Shown: piece by piece, positions 53,559 through 64,000 of the stretch
How the letters are laid out: every line of letters starts with the position of its first letter
Numbering within the stretch: position 1 is the first letter of the stretch
From: an uncultured Arcobacter sp.
GTDB lineage: Bacteria > Campylobacterota > Campylobacteria > Campylobacterales > Arcobacteraceae
Assembly: GCA_965140705.1 (NCBI GenBank)
Contig: OZ223302.1
Span: 1-64,000 of the forward strand
Direction: 5' to 3'
Length of the DNA: 64,000 bases
Program-made: the position numbers and the translations under genes
Notes under the pieces: generated by a model
The model's input: only the letters and a program-made list of their open reading frames with translations
Told to the model about the DNA's origin: nothing
Databases searched by the model: none

Positions 53559-54540
53559 TCATTATCGCTAATTATTATTAGTTTTTTTTTCAAATAAAGC
53601 CTTAATTTTTGAAGCTTCTTCAATATTTCCTGTTTGATAATAATTTTACATTTGCCTTTATAAATCTATAGTTTAATTTTAATAAAATTATAAATAAATT
53701 TAACCATAGCTCAAATTCATTTCTTTAATTTTATTTTAATCAAAATTAACAATTCTATAGTATTCCTACAAAATCTTTTACTTTTTCTATTAATCCTTGA
53801 AAGTATTTTACTATTATCTTTATTTACAAAAAGTAATTTAATTAATATTTACTAAATATGCTTTTCATCATCAAACTAGACCAATTCATCCCTTTAAATT
53901 TTTTTATTTTTCTTGAGTTATTTCATTTCCCATTTTTAAATATCATAATACTTTTTTGAAGGAAACGATGCTGTATTATAATCCTCCACAAATGTCTCAA
54001 ACAATTTTTTTTCTTCCACGTGGCTCATCGCTTCAATATTCATTTATTTCACTTCCCTTAATTTTAAATTATTATTTTATTTAGGGCGGGGTAACCTTAG
54101 CCAATGGCGAAATTCTTCCTTTTTTTTATTTAAATCAGCCATTGTAATCTATAGTATTTATTTAAAGGAAAAAAATTGTACATAGCCATATTTTCCATAT
54201 CGTTCTTATTCTTTCTACAGCTTTGATTTTTTATGCTTATGCTTTTTGTGGTGTTTTTTTTTCTTTTTCTTTTATGCTTTGTTTAAAAAATTATAATAAT
54301 TACATCTTTATGTTCATGTTTATGCTTTTTATCTTTTTATTGTGAGGATGAATCGACACTCTATCTTAATACAAATAGATGTTAATTGAGTGTTATTTTT
54401 AAAAAAGGGAACCTTGAAGATGAATTTGATTTTGAACGGCTTCTTGACAGTTTCTTTTTATTTTTCTTTTCTTTTTTCTTTTTGTGCTCTTCAGCCACTT
54501 TTTTCTTTTCAAATTCGTTTTCACTTGAAGGTGATTGCAT
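53559..54540 (-). CDS. Conserved nuclear protein, SCI1 (style cell-cycle inhibitor 1)-like
   Basis: K/H-rich N-terminus, then KKEEFRHWL..EVK..NIE...EEKKLFETFVEDYNTASFPSKKYYD. Confidence 0.7.
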
Positions 54541-55011
54541 TTTTAACAAAATAGGTTTAAAGCTTTAATTTATTAAATTTTTAAATTTTTTATATATTAT
54601 AAAAAAAGTTCCATATCCTTATATTATCATGAAATTTAAATTTTCCCCTAAGAAAATATAGACAATTTTAAAATTAATTTAAAAAGCTTTTTCATTAAAC
54701 CTTTGGAGATCATCTTTTATAATAATGAAAAAAAAATGAATAAAATTTAAAACTTTTTAATTTTAAAAAATGGTTTTCTTTAATTACTTAAAATTTTTTG
54801 CTTATAATTAGTAGAAATTTATAAAATAGAGGAAAACTTAAAAATAGTTTAGAAAAACAATTTATAATTTTCTAAATTAACAACATTTGAATCCTAAGTC
54901 AGAAAATAATAGACGGTAAAAATGATTTAAATTCGAATTTTGCTCTGAAAAATTATAATCATTAAATTAAAAAATATAAAAAAATTTTAAAATTTAAATA
55001 AACAAAACACA

Positions 55012-56725
55012 ATGAATAGTAAAATTTCGATTGAAGAAAACTCTCCATTAAAAGAAAATTTGCTCTCAAATGAGCCTAAATTAGAAAAAAGAAGGTACTT
55101 GATTCTGTTAATGTACTTTCTGTTTTAGTAAAAACAAATTTCAATTATTAATTATTTTTAAATTTTATATAGAGTAACTGGAAACTCTTGCTTTTGCACG
55201 TACTCTGGGATTGATAAACAAGCAGCTATTTATTATAATACTGATGAGAGCAATATATTATGGTTTGCAAATTCATTTTTAATGATGTATGTTTTTGCAT
55301 CTTATCCTGTAAAAAAAATTAATTAATTTAAATTTTTTATTTTGGTTTGTTTTGTAGTCTGCTTGGTGGATTTCATATAATTTTAAAAATGCTTATTATT
55401 TTGCAACATTTTTTAATGCTTTTGGAGGGTGGATCAGATATTGTGCATTTTCTAATATGCCAGTAGCTATATTAGGTTAAGTTCTTATTGGTGTTGGATA
55501 AAATTTTGGATTTCCTGCTCTCCTTTGTAATTAATTTTAAATTTTTTAATTTTTTTTTAATTTTTTTTCAAGATATTCCCGAACGATGGTTTAGCAAAAA
55601 AGAAAAATTTGCAGCACTTTGCATTTCAAGTTAAAGCATTTTTCTTGGCATGGGCTTGGGCTATTTATTTTCACCCTTGTACATTGGAAATGATCCAGTA
55701 ATTTATTTTTTTATTGTTTAGACTTATAAAAGAATAAAATTCGATAATTAAATTTAATTGTTTCAATTGCATTAACTGTTCCATTTGCACTATATTTATT
55801 GATTGCCAAAGCTAAGCCTGATGAAGCTCCAAGTGAAGAAGCAGAATATTAAGAAGCTTTACCAAAAGTATCATTATTGGCATTCTTCAAAAACCTCTGG
55901 ATCTTATTTAGCAATTTAAAGTTTTTAATGTTTTTACTTATTTTTGGCTTATGTAAAACAATTTTTTTCCCAATAAAATTAGAATTAATTCTTTTTAAAG
56001 GTTTAGGAAGTGGTTACAGTTTCTTATCCGCAATTGATTATTTTTTAAATTCCTCTGAATACACTCCCGTTAATTAATTAAAATCTATAAAATAATTTCT
56101 TTTTAAAGGTCAAAGTTGGTATTATTGGCTTAGTTTATGTTGCTGGCGGTAGTGTAGCTGATTTATTTTTTTCTGTATTAATCTTTAAAAGAAGAGATTA
56201 AAAGAATGTTTTATTCAATTATTGTCTTAAAGCATTATAAGTTATTTTGATAGCTGCACTAGTAATAATTAATTCAAACTTTATGATTTTTTCTAGATTG
56301 TTTTTTGTATTTTTATAGAAAAATTAGATTTCAATACAATGATGATAGTGGCTGCGTAATTATTTCTAATTTATTTGTTAATTATTTTTTAAAGAATATT
56401 AGGAATTGGCTATTAAGGAATGGTACCATTTGGACTTGAAATTTTAGAGGAAATTGGAGAAATGGATAATTAATTAATTTCAAATAGTTATGCTTTTTTT
56501 GGAAGCCTTTTAAGTGTAACTGGAAGTACTCTTATTGATATGAAAGCATTTAAATTTTATGGAATCTATTGTAATTTTTATTTATTTTTTTATTTTTTAT
56601 TAGTTTTAATATTATTTGAAATTCCGGCACTCATTGTATTGATGTTTTTCTACAATTAATCAATGAATAAGCGGGAAATTAGTACAACAAATTCTGTTAC
56701 TGATGAATAAACAGAGTAACCATGA
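55012..56725 (+). CDS. MFS transporter, FLVCR/SLC49-like
   Basis: KRRYLILL, GGWIRY, LGQVLIG and ERWFSKKEK, with many TM segments and introns. Confidence 0.8.
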
Positions 56726-56776
56726 GAATTGTTTCAATTGATCATGATATATTTTTGTTTTCACAAAAAAATTAAA

Positions 56777-56813
56777 AAAAAGAATGTAAATTCTAGGAAT
56801 TTACATTCTTTTT
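56777..56813. repeat. Perfect inverted repeat (17-bp stem, 3-nt loop) in an intergenic spacer
   Basis: aaaaagaatgtaaattc-tag-gaatttacattcttttt. Confidence 0.9.
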
Positions 56814-56938
56814 AATTTATAAATTTTTATTTGTTAAAAATCTCAACTTTAATAATTTTAATTTCAAATAATTCAATTGACTAAAAAGGTAAAAAATTTA
56901 TTAATTAATTTTATTGAATTATACAAATTTAAAAAAAA

Positions 56939-57173
56939 ATGTAATCAGAATAGGATAATATTTTAGAATTTGAAGCTCCTTCTCATTAGACTGTAACTTA
57001 TATTTGTGGAGGTGCAACCTTTTTTTAAATAATAAATTAATTATTTCATTAAAGGATGCGGTAAAGATGTTGATCTCAAGACAAAAGAAACAATCATAAG
57101 ATGTATGCAGTGTGGATATAGAATTCTCTATAAAAAAAGAACAAGATAAGTATTGTAGTATGAAGCTCGCTGA
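56939..57173 (+). CDS. POLR2K: RNA polymerase I/II/III shared subunit RPABC4 (RPB12)
   Basis: VTYICGGCGKDV...IRCMQCGYRILYKKRTRQVLQYEAR then TGA. One intron. Confidence 0.95.
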
Positions 57174-57339
57174 AAAAAATGATCATAATTTATTGTATTT
57201 AAAAAATTATAAGGAAAATTAATTCTAATTATTAAATTCATTATTAATATAAAACTATTTATATTTTTTCCATTCCTTTAAATAATTGGTAGAAATAAAT
57301 TTTTAAATAATTAATTGTTTAAAATTTAGGAAAAATTAT

Positions 57340-60300
57340 TTTACATCATTAAGTAATTATGAGGAAATAAATAGTTTTTTCTTGCATTTAACAACTTAAA
57401 CAAATTAATATATATTATAGTAATTTTTTAATTAAAATATTATCAATTAGTATTAATAGCAATTGATTATTTGTTTCGTTAAGCAAAGCATTAGCTTTCA
57501 TTAAAAATTACATCTTTTCTTTAATTTTTCCAAGGCATATTTATTCCATAAATATGTTATTTATATATTTTTTCTAGTTTAAAAATTTATATTTAATAAA
57601 TAAAAATAAAACTTTCTTTTTACAGTGTTTTACTTAAAATAAAATATTCACAATATCCAGGGCTAGAACAATCATTTTTTTAGCATCTTAAACATATTCT
57701 TAAATCAAATTATTCCAGAGGGTATTTTAATTATTACTATTCTGTCTATATTGCTTTATTTTCATTATATTCTTATGGTAGCAATGAACACGACATTTAA
57801 GATAAATTTTAACTAATATCATCATTTTATTAGATAAATGGATTTAAATTAAAGGCTCCTTTTTTTTTAATTTCACTTATATTCATTGAAAATTCATGGT
57901 CATATTCAAATTACTCAATATTATTTCCTGAAATTTTCAGTGGGCATTTATTAGTCTTTTTATTAAAATTAGATGTCTCTTAAAAATTTCATTATTAGCC
58001 AGTTTTTGAGTATTTAAATAAATTTTATGATTTTGATTTCTGTAATTCTTCAGGCTAATTCATATAATTTTTAGATTAAGATAAATCTTCCTAAAATGAA
58101 CTAATTATTTCACTCACATCTTTGAAAATTATTAAGAAATAAAAATAAAAAATTACTTTGTTCATCAAAAATATCAGAAAAATCATTAATATTTTTTTCA
58201 AGACATTAATTATAAATATATTCTTATTCTTCATTTTATGAATTAATTGTTTCAATTTTTTTTTCATTAGATTTTTAAAAATTTTATTTCTAAGTTTTAT
58301 TTTGAGGTGATTATTTTAGTGACTAGTAAAAGTTCAGCTATTCTTTGAGTTATTTATTTTCTTATTCAAGCTCAAGGATGGATCTTTAAATTTCATTTAA
58401 CTTTCATTCATATTAATCTATTAAGTATTGCTTTTCTTGATTATTCTATATAAATTTTAAAAATTATTAAATTTAATTTTACTTCTTTTTCTTTGCTTTC
58501 TAATTTATTATCACAATTTTTTTACATTAATTCGAATTTTTCTTCACATGATTTCATGAGTTTCTAATATTATTCTTTAATATCTTAAATTTTTTATTTT
58601 TCTTGTCTGTGTGATTCTTATTTTTCTTTTAATTAATTTAATTCTTTATTTTAGTTTTAGAATTCATAATTTTACTCTTAAATCTAAAGTTATAAATTTT
58701 TAATTTTTTCTTCTTATTATTAAATTTCTTAGATTTAATTAGTGAAGCAGTTTTCAATTTCTAAATACAGTTTTTTTATTAATTCAGTTAATGTATCCAC
58801 ACTAAAATTTTATTTGTTCTGAATAAATTCAGTGAATTATGCTTCTATTACTTCAATTTCATTTATGCTGAATAATTTTGATAACTGCGATATAAATTCT
58901 TGCATTTCTTAAAGAATTCTACAAGTGTTTGAAGCTTCTTCTTTTATTTTCTATTCAAATTATTATTGTTAACTGATTTTTTCTTCTTAAAACTCTTTTT
59001 CCTGCAAAATTTTTGATTCCTTAAATTCTTTCAATTAAAATTCTAAACTTTCAATTTGTTTTTCATAATGAGTATTTGAGTTTTTAATAATTTGTAATTC
59101 GTCATTTTATTTTAATAATTCATTATTTTAATTTTATATATTTTAAATTTTCTTCTAATATTCCTAATGCAATAATTACTTTTGCTCAGATAATTTATCC
59201 TAGATCGCATCTCCTATTTATTGAAATAATAAAATTTCATCACTTTAAAATAAAAATTAAAAAATTTATAAATTTTTACATGTTTTCACATTCAGTTTCA
59301 ATATTTTTTTCAATTATATCTAAATTTAATTAAAGCTTTTTTGCAAGGCATTAAATTTATTTTAAATAATTTTAATTATAGTGCTTTAGTTTTTAACTGA
59401 ATTTACTTTCCATTTATTCTGGAAGATTAATTATTCGCTTTTCAAGTTTTTCTTTTTCTATTTACAGTTGATTAATCATTTCTATATTAGAACTTTCTTG
59501 AAGCTATAGCTTGCTCAAAACTTGAAAAATTAATTTAAAAATTATAAAAACCTTGCAAATTTTTTTCATATTCATCAATTTAATTCTCCTATTAATCTAA
59601 TCAAAATGTTATAAATATTATAGTACTTGATTTTCCAGAAAGTAATTCATTAATCTTAAGCTCATTAGAGTATAATTAATTCAATCTAATGTTTTCTTAT
59701 TTTAATTATTAGTTTTCGATTTCCATTTATTTTAATGCTTAGATTTTTTCTTATCAATCATTTGTATTTAATAATTAAAAATTGCAATCATCAGGAGATA
59801 TCTCTTTAATTGAAATTTGTTCAATTTAATTGAATTTTTCCTCAAATACATTTAAATCATTTTAATTAAATTACTAATTCCTTTTTCTAGTTACAAAATT
59901 AAAAAAATGAACTCTTATAATTAAACTTCAATTGATATTTCTAAATTTTAAATATTTTTTAAATTCTGTTAACATTTATTAATTTCTGACTTAAATGAAG
60001 CAATATTAATATTAAATGAAGATTCTATTTGTTTAAGCGCATCCTTAGAAAAATCCATTCTTTTTTCTTTATATTTTTAGAATTCAAACTGCATATTCTA
60101 AATTAATTAATTAGTTTCTTTTTTCTTGAAAATTAATTTTTTTAGAATCTCTTTTAATTTCAAAATATCATTATTTTTATAAAAAATTTATTAGGATTAT
60201 TATTAATTATTAATTTTTATTTTCTCATCTTTCTTGCTTTATATTGATGGTGATTATTATTTACATATTTCAGAAAGTGTAAATTTATTGTCTTAAATAT

Positions 60301-60707
60301 TCAAAAAATTTTGATTAAAGCTCTAAAAATATTCATTTTCTTTATTATTCATTGAACTAGGACACACTGGAGGCAATGACGATTACATTGGTTTAAATTT
60401 TTCAGCTTTACGAATTTTTGGAGAATAATGTGGTTAATTAGTTTCTTTACTTTCTATAAAAAACAGTGTTTGTCAATAATATTAATTTACTTTCATTTGA
60501 ATTTATTAAATCTTTTAATTTAATTTGATTATTTGAAGAGCTTTAATCTAATGCTAATGGTGATTAAAACGCTGAGGATTTTTCTGTTTCTAAATCCTTA
60601 AGTAAATCATTTAGAATATTGAGATTTTTAGAGCGATCAGTAATAGGTTGCTTTATAGTTGAAATCGGTTTTGGTAATGATTTCTATCTTAAATTCGCTT
60701 TTTTCAT
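57340..60707 (-). CDS. Large coiled-coil hypothetical protein
   Basis: ATG at 60707, with long Q/E/K-rich frames and short introns. 3' end not resolved. Confidence 0.55.
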
Positions 60708-61406
60708 TAAAAATAATTTTAGCCTTATTTAAAAAATTAACAGAAAATTTTAAATTAAATTTATTGAAATAAAAATTGCATTTTAGTTAATTAATATTTC
60801 AATAATTCCACAACCAAAAATCAAAAAGAAATGAGGCAATACAATTAATATTTAGAATTTTTTAAAGTTGTTTCGTAGAAAATGTTAGGTTTTTTATTCT
60901 AATAAATTTAAAATTTAAATTAAATATATATAAAATAATTATAAATTTAATTAAGCTTTCGGAAATGTTATTAAATATGAATTTAACGAAATAATGTACA
61001 AGATATTTACGCAAAGGAGTTGGATTTGGCATGCACACTGAATTTTTAGCTTTTGTTGGAATTGGAGTTGTTTTTTCCAAAAACTTTACTTTAAAGCAAA
61101 GATTGATAGTTCTTATCTTGCATATTATTTACTCATTTATTTGAAATTAAAAATTTTTATTTTTAGCAAATTTATTGAATTATTTTATGTTTTATGATTT
61201 GTAATTAGATCGTTTTAAACGCTTTTTGAACATTATTTTTTTTTAAATAAAATCTTCAAAAAATGTTTTTTTTTTTGAGCAAACTAAACATTTTTATTGT
61301 GAAAATAAATTAGTATTTATATTTAATTTTAATATAAACAAAATTTTTTTTGAGAAAAACTTGACTTTAATAAGAACTTACTATTTAAATTGAACATTAT
61401 TCCCTA

Positions 61407-61880
61407 ATGAAGTAAATAAATGCTAATATACAATAACGTTTAGACAAAATCAAATAAAAGCGTGATTAATTTTTAAAATTTAGATAAAATAAAAAAGTAT
61501 TTTGCACCTATGCTAAAACTTTTGGTGCAAAAACAGAGAGTTATAAATAAAATACATCATTACCAACATTTACTCCTCCAGCTTCTGGAACAAATTTTTC
61601 ATTTAGTCTGTCTAATTAATAAACTGATAATAATTCTAGTGAAAATGATAATATAAATTAAGAAAATTTTAAACACGAAAAAGTAGATGGTCCTCTACCA
61701 AATATCATTGAAAAATTTGAAGAAGACGAAGAATTAGTAATAAATTAAAATAGCACTTAATAAAATTTAATTCTTTTTAAAATTAATGATATCTAAGAAG
61801 AAAGCAAAGCAGAAAGTGTTTCGACTGAAGTTCAAAATAAATAAAAAAAATAAGTAGCGAAATGCTGCTTAATTTTTTGA
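61407..61880 (+). CDS. Intronless hypothetical protein (157 aa) ending in a CaaX-type box (KCCLIF)
   Basis: 158 codons from ATG to TGA with TAR=Gln. Confidence 0.7.
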
Positions 61881-62100
61881 TTAAAACTTTTTCAATTTTT
61901 TTTTCTTTTTATATATAGTATTTTCATATTAAATTCTAGAAATTCATTTCAAAAGACTAATTGTGTTTTTTTTGATAAATGTCTTAATTATATTGATTAA
62001 ATTTATACGCTAATAATTTTATAAATCATAATTATAAAAAATTAATAATATTTTATAATATAAAACGCCTCAATTTTATAAATAAAATATAGTAAATAAT

Positions 62101-64000
62101 TCATTTGTTTAAATTAAATTCATATTCCTTGTAATTTCATACATTTTCATATAGAAATATAGTTCCTCATCTTAAGTAAAATGAGCATTAATATAATGCA
62201 AAGCTTTTTTCATTTCTTCTTTTGTTATACAACCCTTAGGCAGTTTTTCACTTATAAATTCATAAAAGCCATTAAAAAAATAACTTATGCATACCAATAA
62301 TTACTTAAAAATTATCTTTTAAACTACTAGAATACTTATCAAACTAGATGGATAGTTCATTATAATGCTTTAATTCAGTTTCTTTATCCCAGAGTTAATA
62401 ATATCCAACAAGTTTTTTAAATATACATAAAATTATTGGAAGTTCTTGTGTTCTATTAGGGTCAATCACAATAAAATCTTCTTCATTATTTTCAATTAAA
62501 AAGCGAGCTACCATTAAAATATCACTATCATTTTTTAAATTGAATGGTTATTTTTTTAATATCTATTGCATCTGTTTCAGGGTTGCTGAATTTGATTCAT
62601 TCATTTTTTTTGTAAATAATACCTTTTAGTAATAATTATTTCATTTTATTTTAAAAATAGACTTTTTATATTTCATCATATTTTACTTTATTTAGCAGTA
62701 AATTAAATTTCAGTTCTAAACCTAAATCCTGGACTTAATGAAAAAGGATTTTTGCTTGCTTTCTTTTATCAAATTTAGAATCATTTTCATTAGCTTATTC
62801 AAGTTTAATCTACTGGATTTATGCTTACTACTATAATACTGATTAAAATTATTCTAATAATTCATTATATTCTTCTATTTTCTAATCAAATTTATCTTAT
62901 AATAAAATTTTCTATTTTATTTCCATATCAAGTTAATTCTAAATATTTTCGTTAAAAAAACTAATTTTTTACCTGATAATTAATTGTTGTGGTTACATTT
63001 TTTTCATCTAATTATTAAACATGATTTTATAATCTTTCATTATGTTTTTTGAGTTATTATATGGTTTCTTCTTATTTTCTATTAAAAATAATTATAGCAT
63101 CAAAGCTTTTGTTTTTAACTAAATTTCTTATTTTAATTCCTTTTCCAAATTTTAATAATATTTTTTTGATTATCTGTTTGAATTTCCTTAGCTTTCTTCA
63201 TTTTCTAGTTCCCAATCTGATTAACGATATTTTTTTAAAGTTTTTTCTAATTCTTCAATGATATTTTATTCTTAAGCTAATTATTTCTCTAAACCAGATA
63301 CTTTTGACTAATATTTATCGAATTTTCGCTTCAAAAAAACAAAGTTTTAAAATATGATTTATTATAAACTTATTAAGCTACAATTTATTTATCTTTAACT
63401 TTTATATTCGATTATAATTCAATCAAATTTGCCTAATATTATTTCATTTATTTACATTTTCTTCCATATGTGTTTCTTAATATAAATTTTTAAAATATAT
63501 TAATATTAAAATTTATTGTAACTTATTTATACTTTCTTCCAGCATAACTCTCATTCTTGCTAGTTCATCCTTTTAAGTATTGATTTCAATCTTAATATAT
63601 AATAAATTATTTAAAAATCAATTAAACTTCTAATTCTTAACATTTTGTTGTCCTTTAATCTCTTTTCAATTTTTTTATTTCCTCATCCTTTTTTTTTAAT
63701 GATTCTGATAGAATTTTATTATTTTTTTTCAAATTTGTAATCAAGGATGTTTTCTTTGATAAATAAAGAATAGTAATTTTTTACTTAAATAATATCATTT
63801 ATTTAAGGTGTATCATAATTTATTTATTATTTTTCAAATTATTTTCCTTCTTATTATGATTGTTATTAAATCAATTATTCTTAAATATTAACAAAATTCT
63901 CAAATTGAAAAATTTAATTCTTTTAGAGTGATTAGTTTTAAAACAATAAATAAACTTATAATTACGTATTTTTTGTATTTAATTTTCTATTATATTATTC
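62101..64000 (-). CDS. Coiled-coil hypothetical protein, 5' end probably outside the window
   Basis: Minus-strand frame including MVARFLIENNEEDFIVIDP...CIFKKLVGYY. 3' end ambiguous between two TGAs. Confidence 0.55.

Noticed and set aside
57160..57173. TAA/TAG also acting as stops (table 28)
   Set aside because: Every gene end anchored by a conserved C-terminus uses TGA. This cannot be excluded genome-wide.
60965..61144. Possible small hydrophobic ORF
   Set aside because: The frame is ambiguous and no homology was recognised.
1..64000. Interpretation as non-coding DNA, a pseudogene field, or a bacterial/organellar genome
   Set aside because: Conserved eukaryotic proteins read through TAA/TAG/TGA and contain spliceosomal introns. 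The short ORFs reflect use of the wrong code.

Overview
This is very AT-rich, gene-dense eukaryotic DNA typical of a ciliate nuclear genome. It holds about 30 protein-coding genes on both strands, broken by many short (about 25-55 nt) spliceosomal introns and separated by short spacers. The supplied ORF track uses the wrong genetic code and is largely fragmentary or spurious. Manual translation shows TAA and TAG encode Gln. TGA is used both as an internal sense codon at conserved Trp positions (Rab2, Atg4, CAMKK-like kinase HPW, tensin/PTEN-like, SLC22-like and others) and as the stop codon after recognisable C-termini (Rab2 -CC, RPB12 -QYEAR, CFAP418 -WVCSGH, a CaaX box, Atg4 LIR). This matches a context-dependent code with no dedicated stop codon (NCBI table 27 type). 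Recognisable genes include NHA/SLC9B, MYCBPAP-like, tensin/PTEN-like, DHHC, CAMKK-like, Rab2, CFAP97-like, a CLU-domain protein, ATG4, CFAP418, a Rubicon/DEF8-homology protein, FHA, CAP, TRIM37, an SF1-like KH protein, two MFS transporters, a PWI protein, SCI1-like and RPB12. Two internally condensed local paralogs, a probable intronization event and a GC-AG intron are also visible. Gene models were read by eye, and some ends are approximate because any TGA may be Trp or stop.
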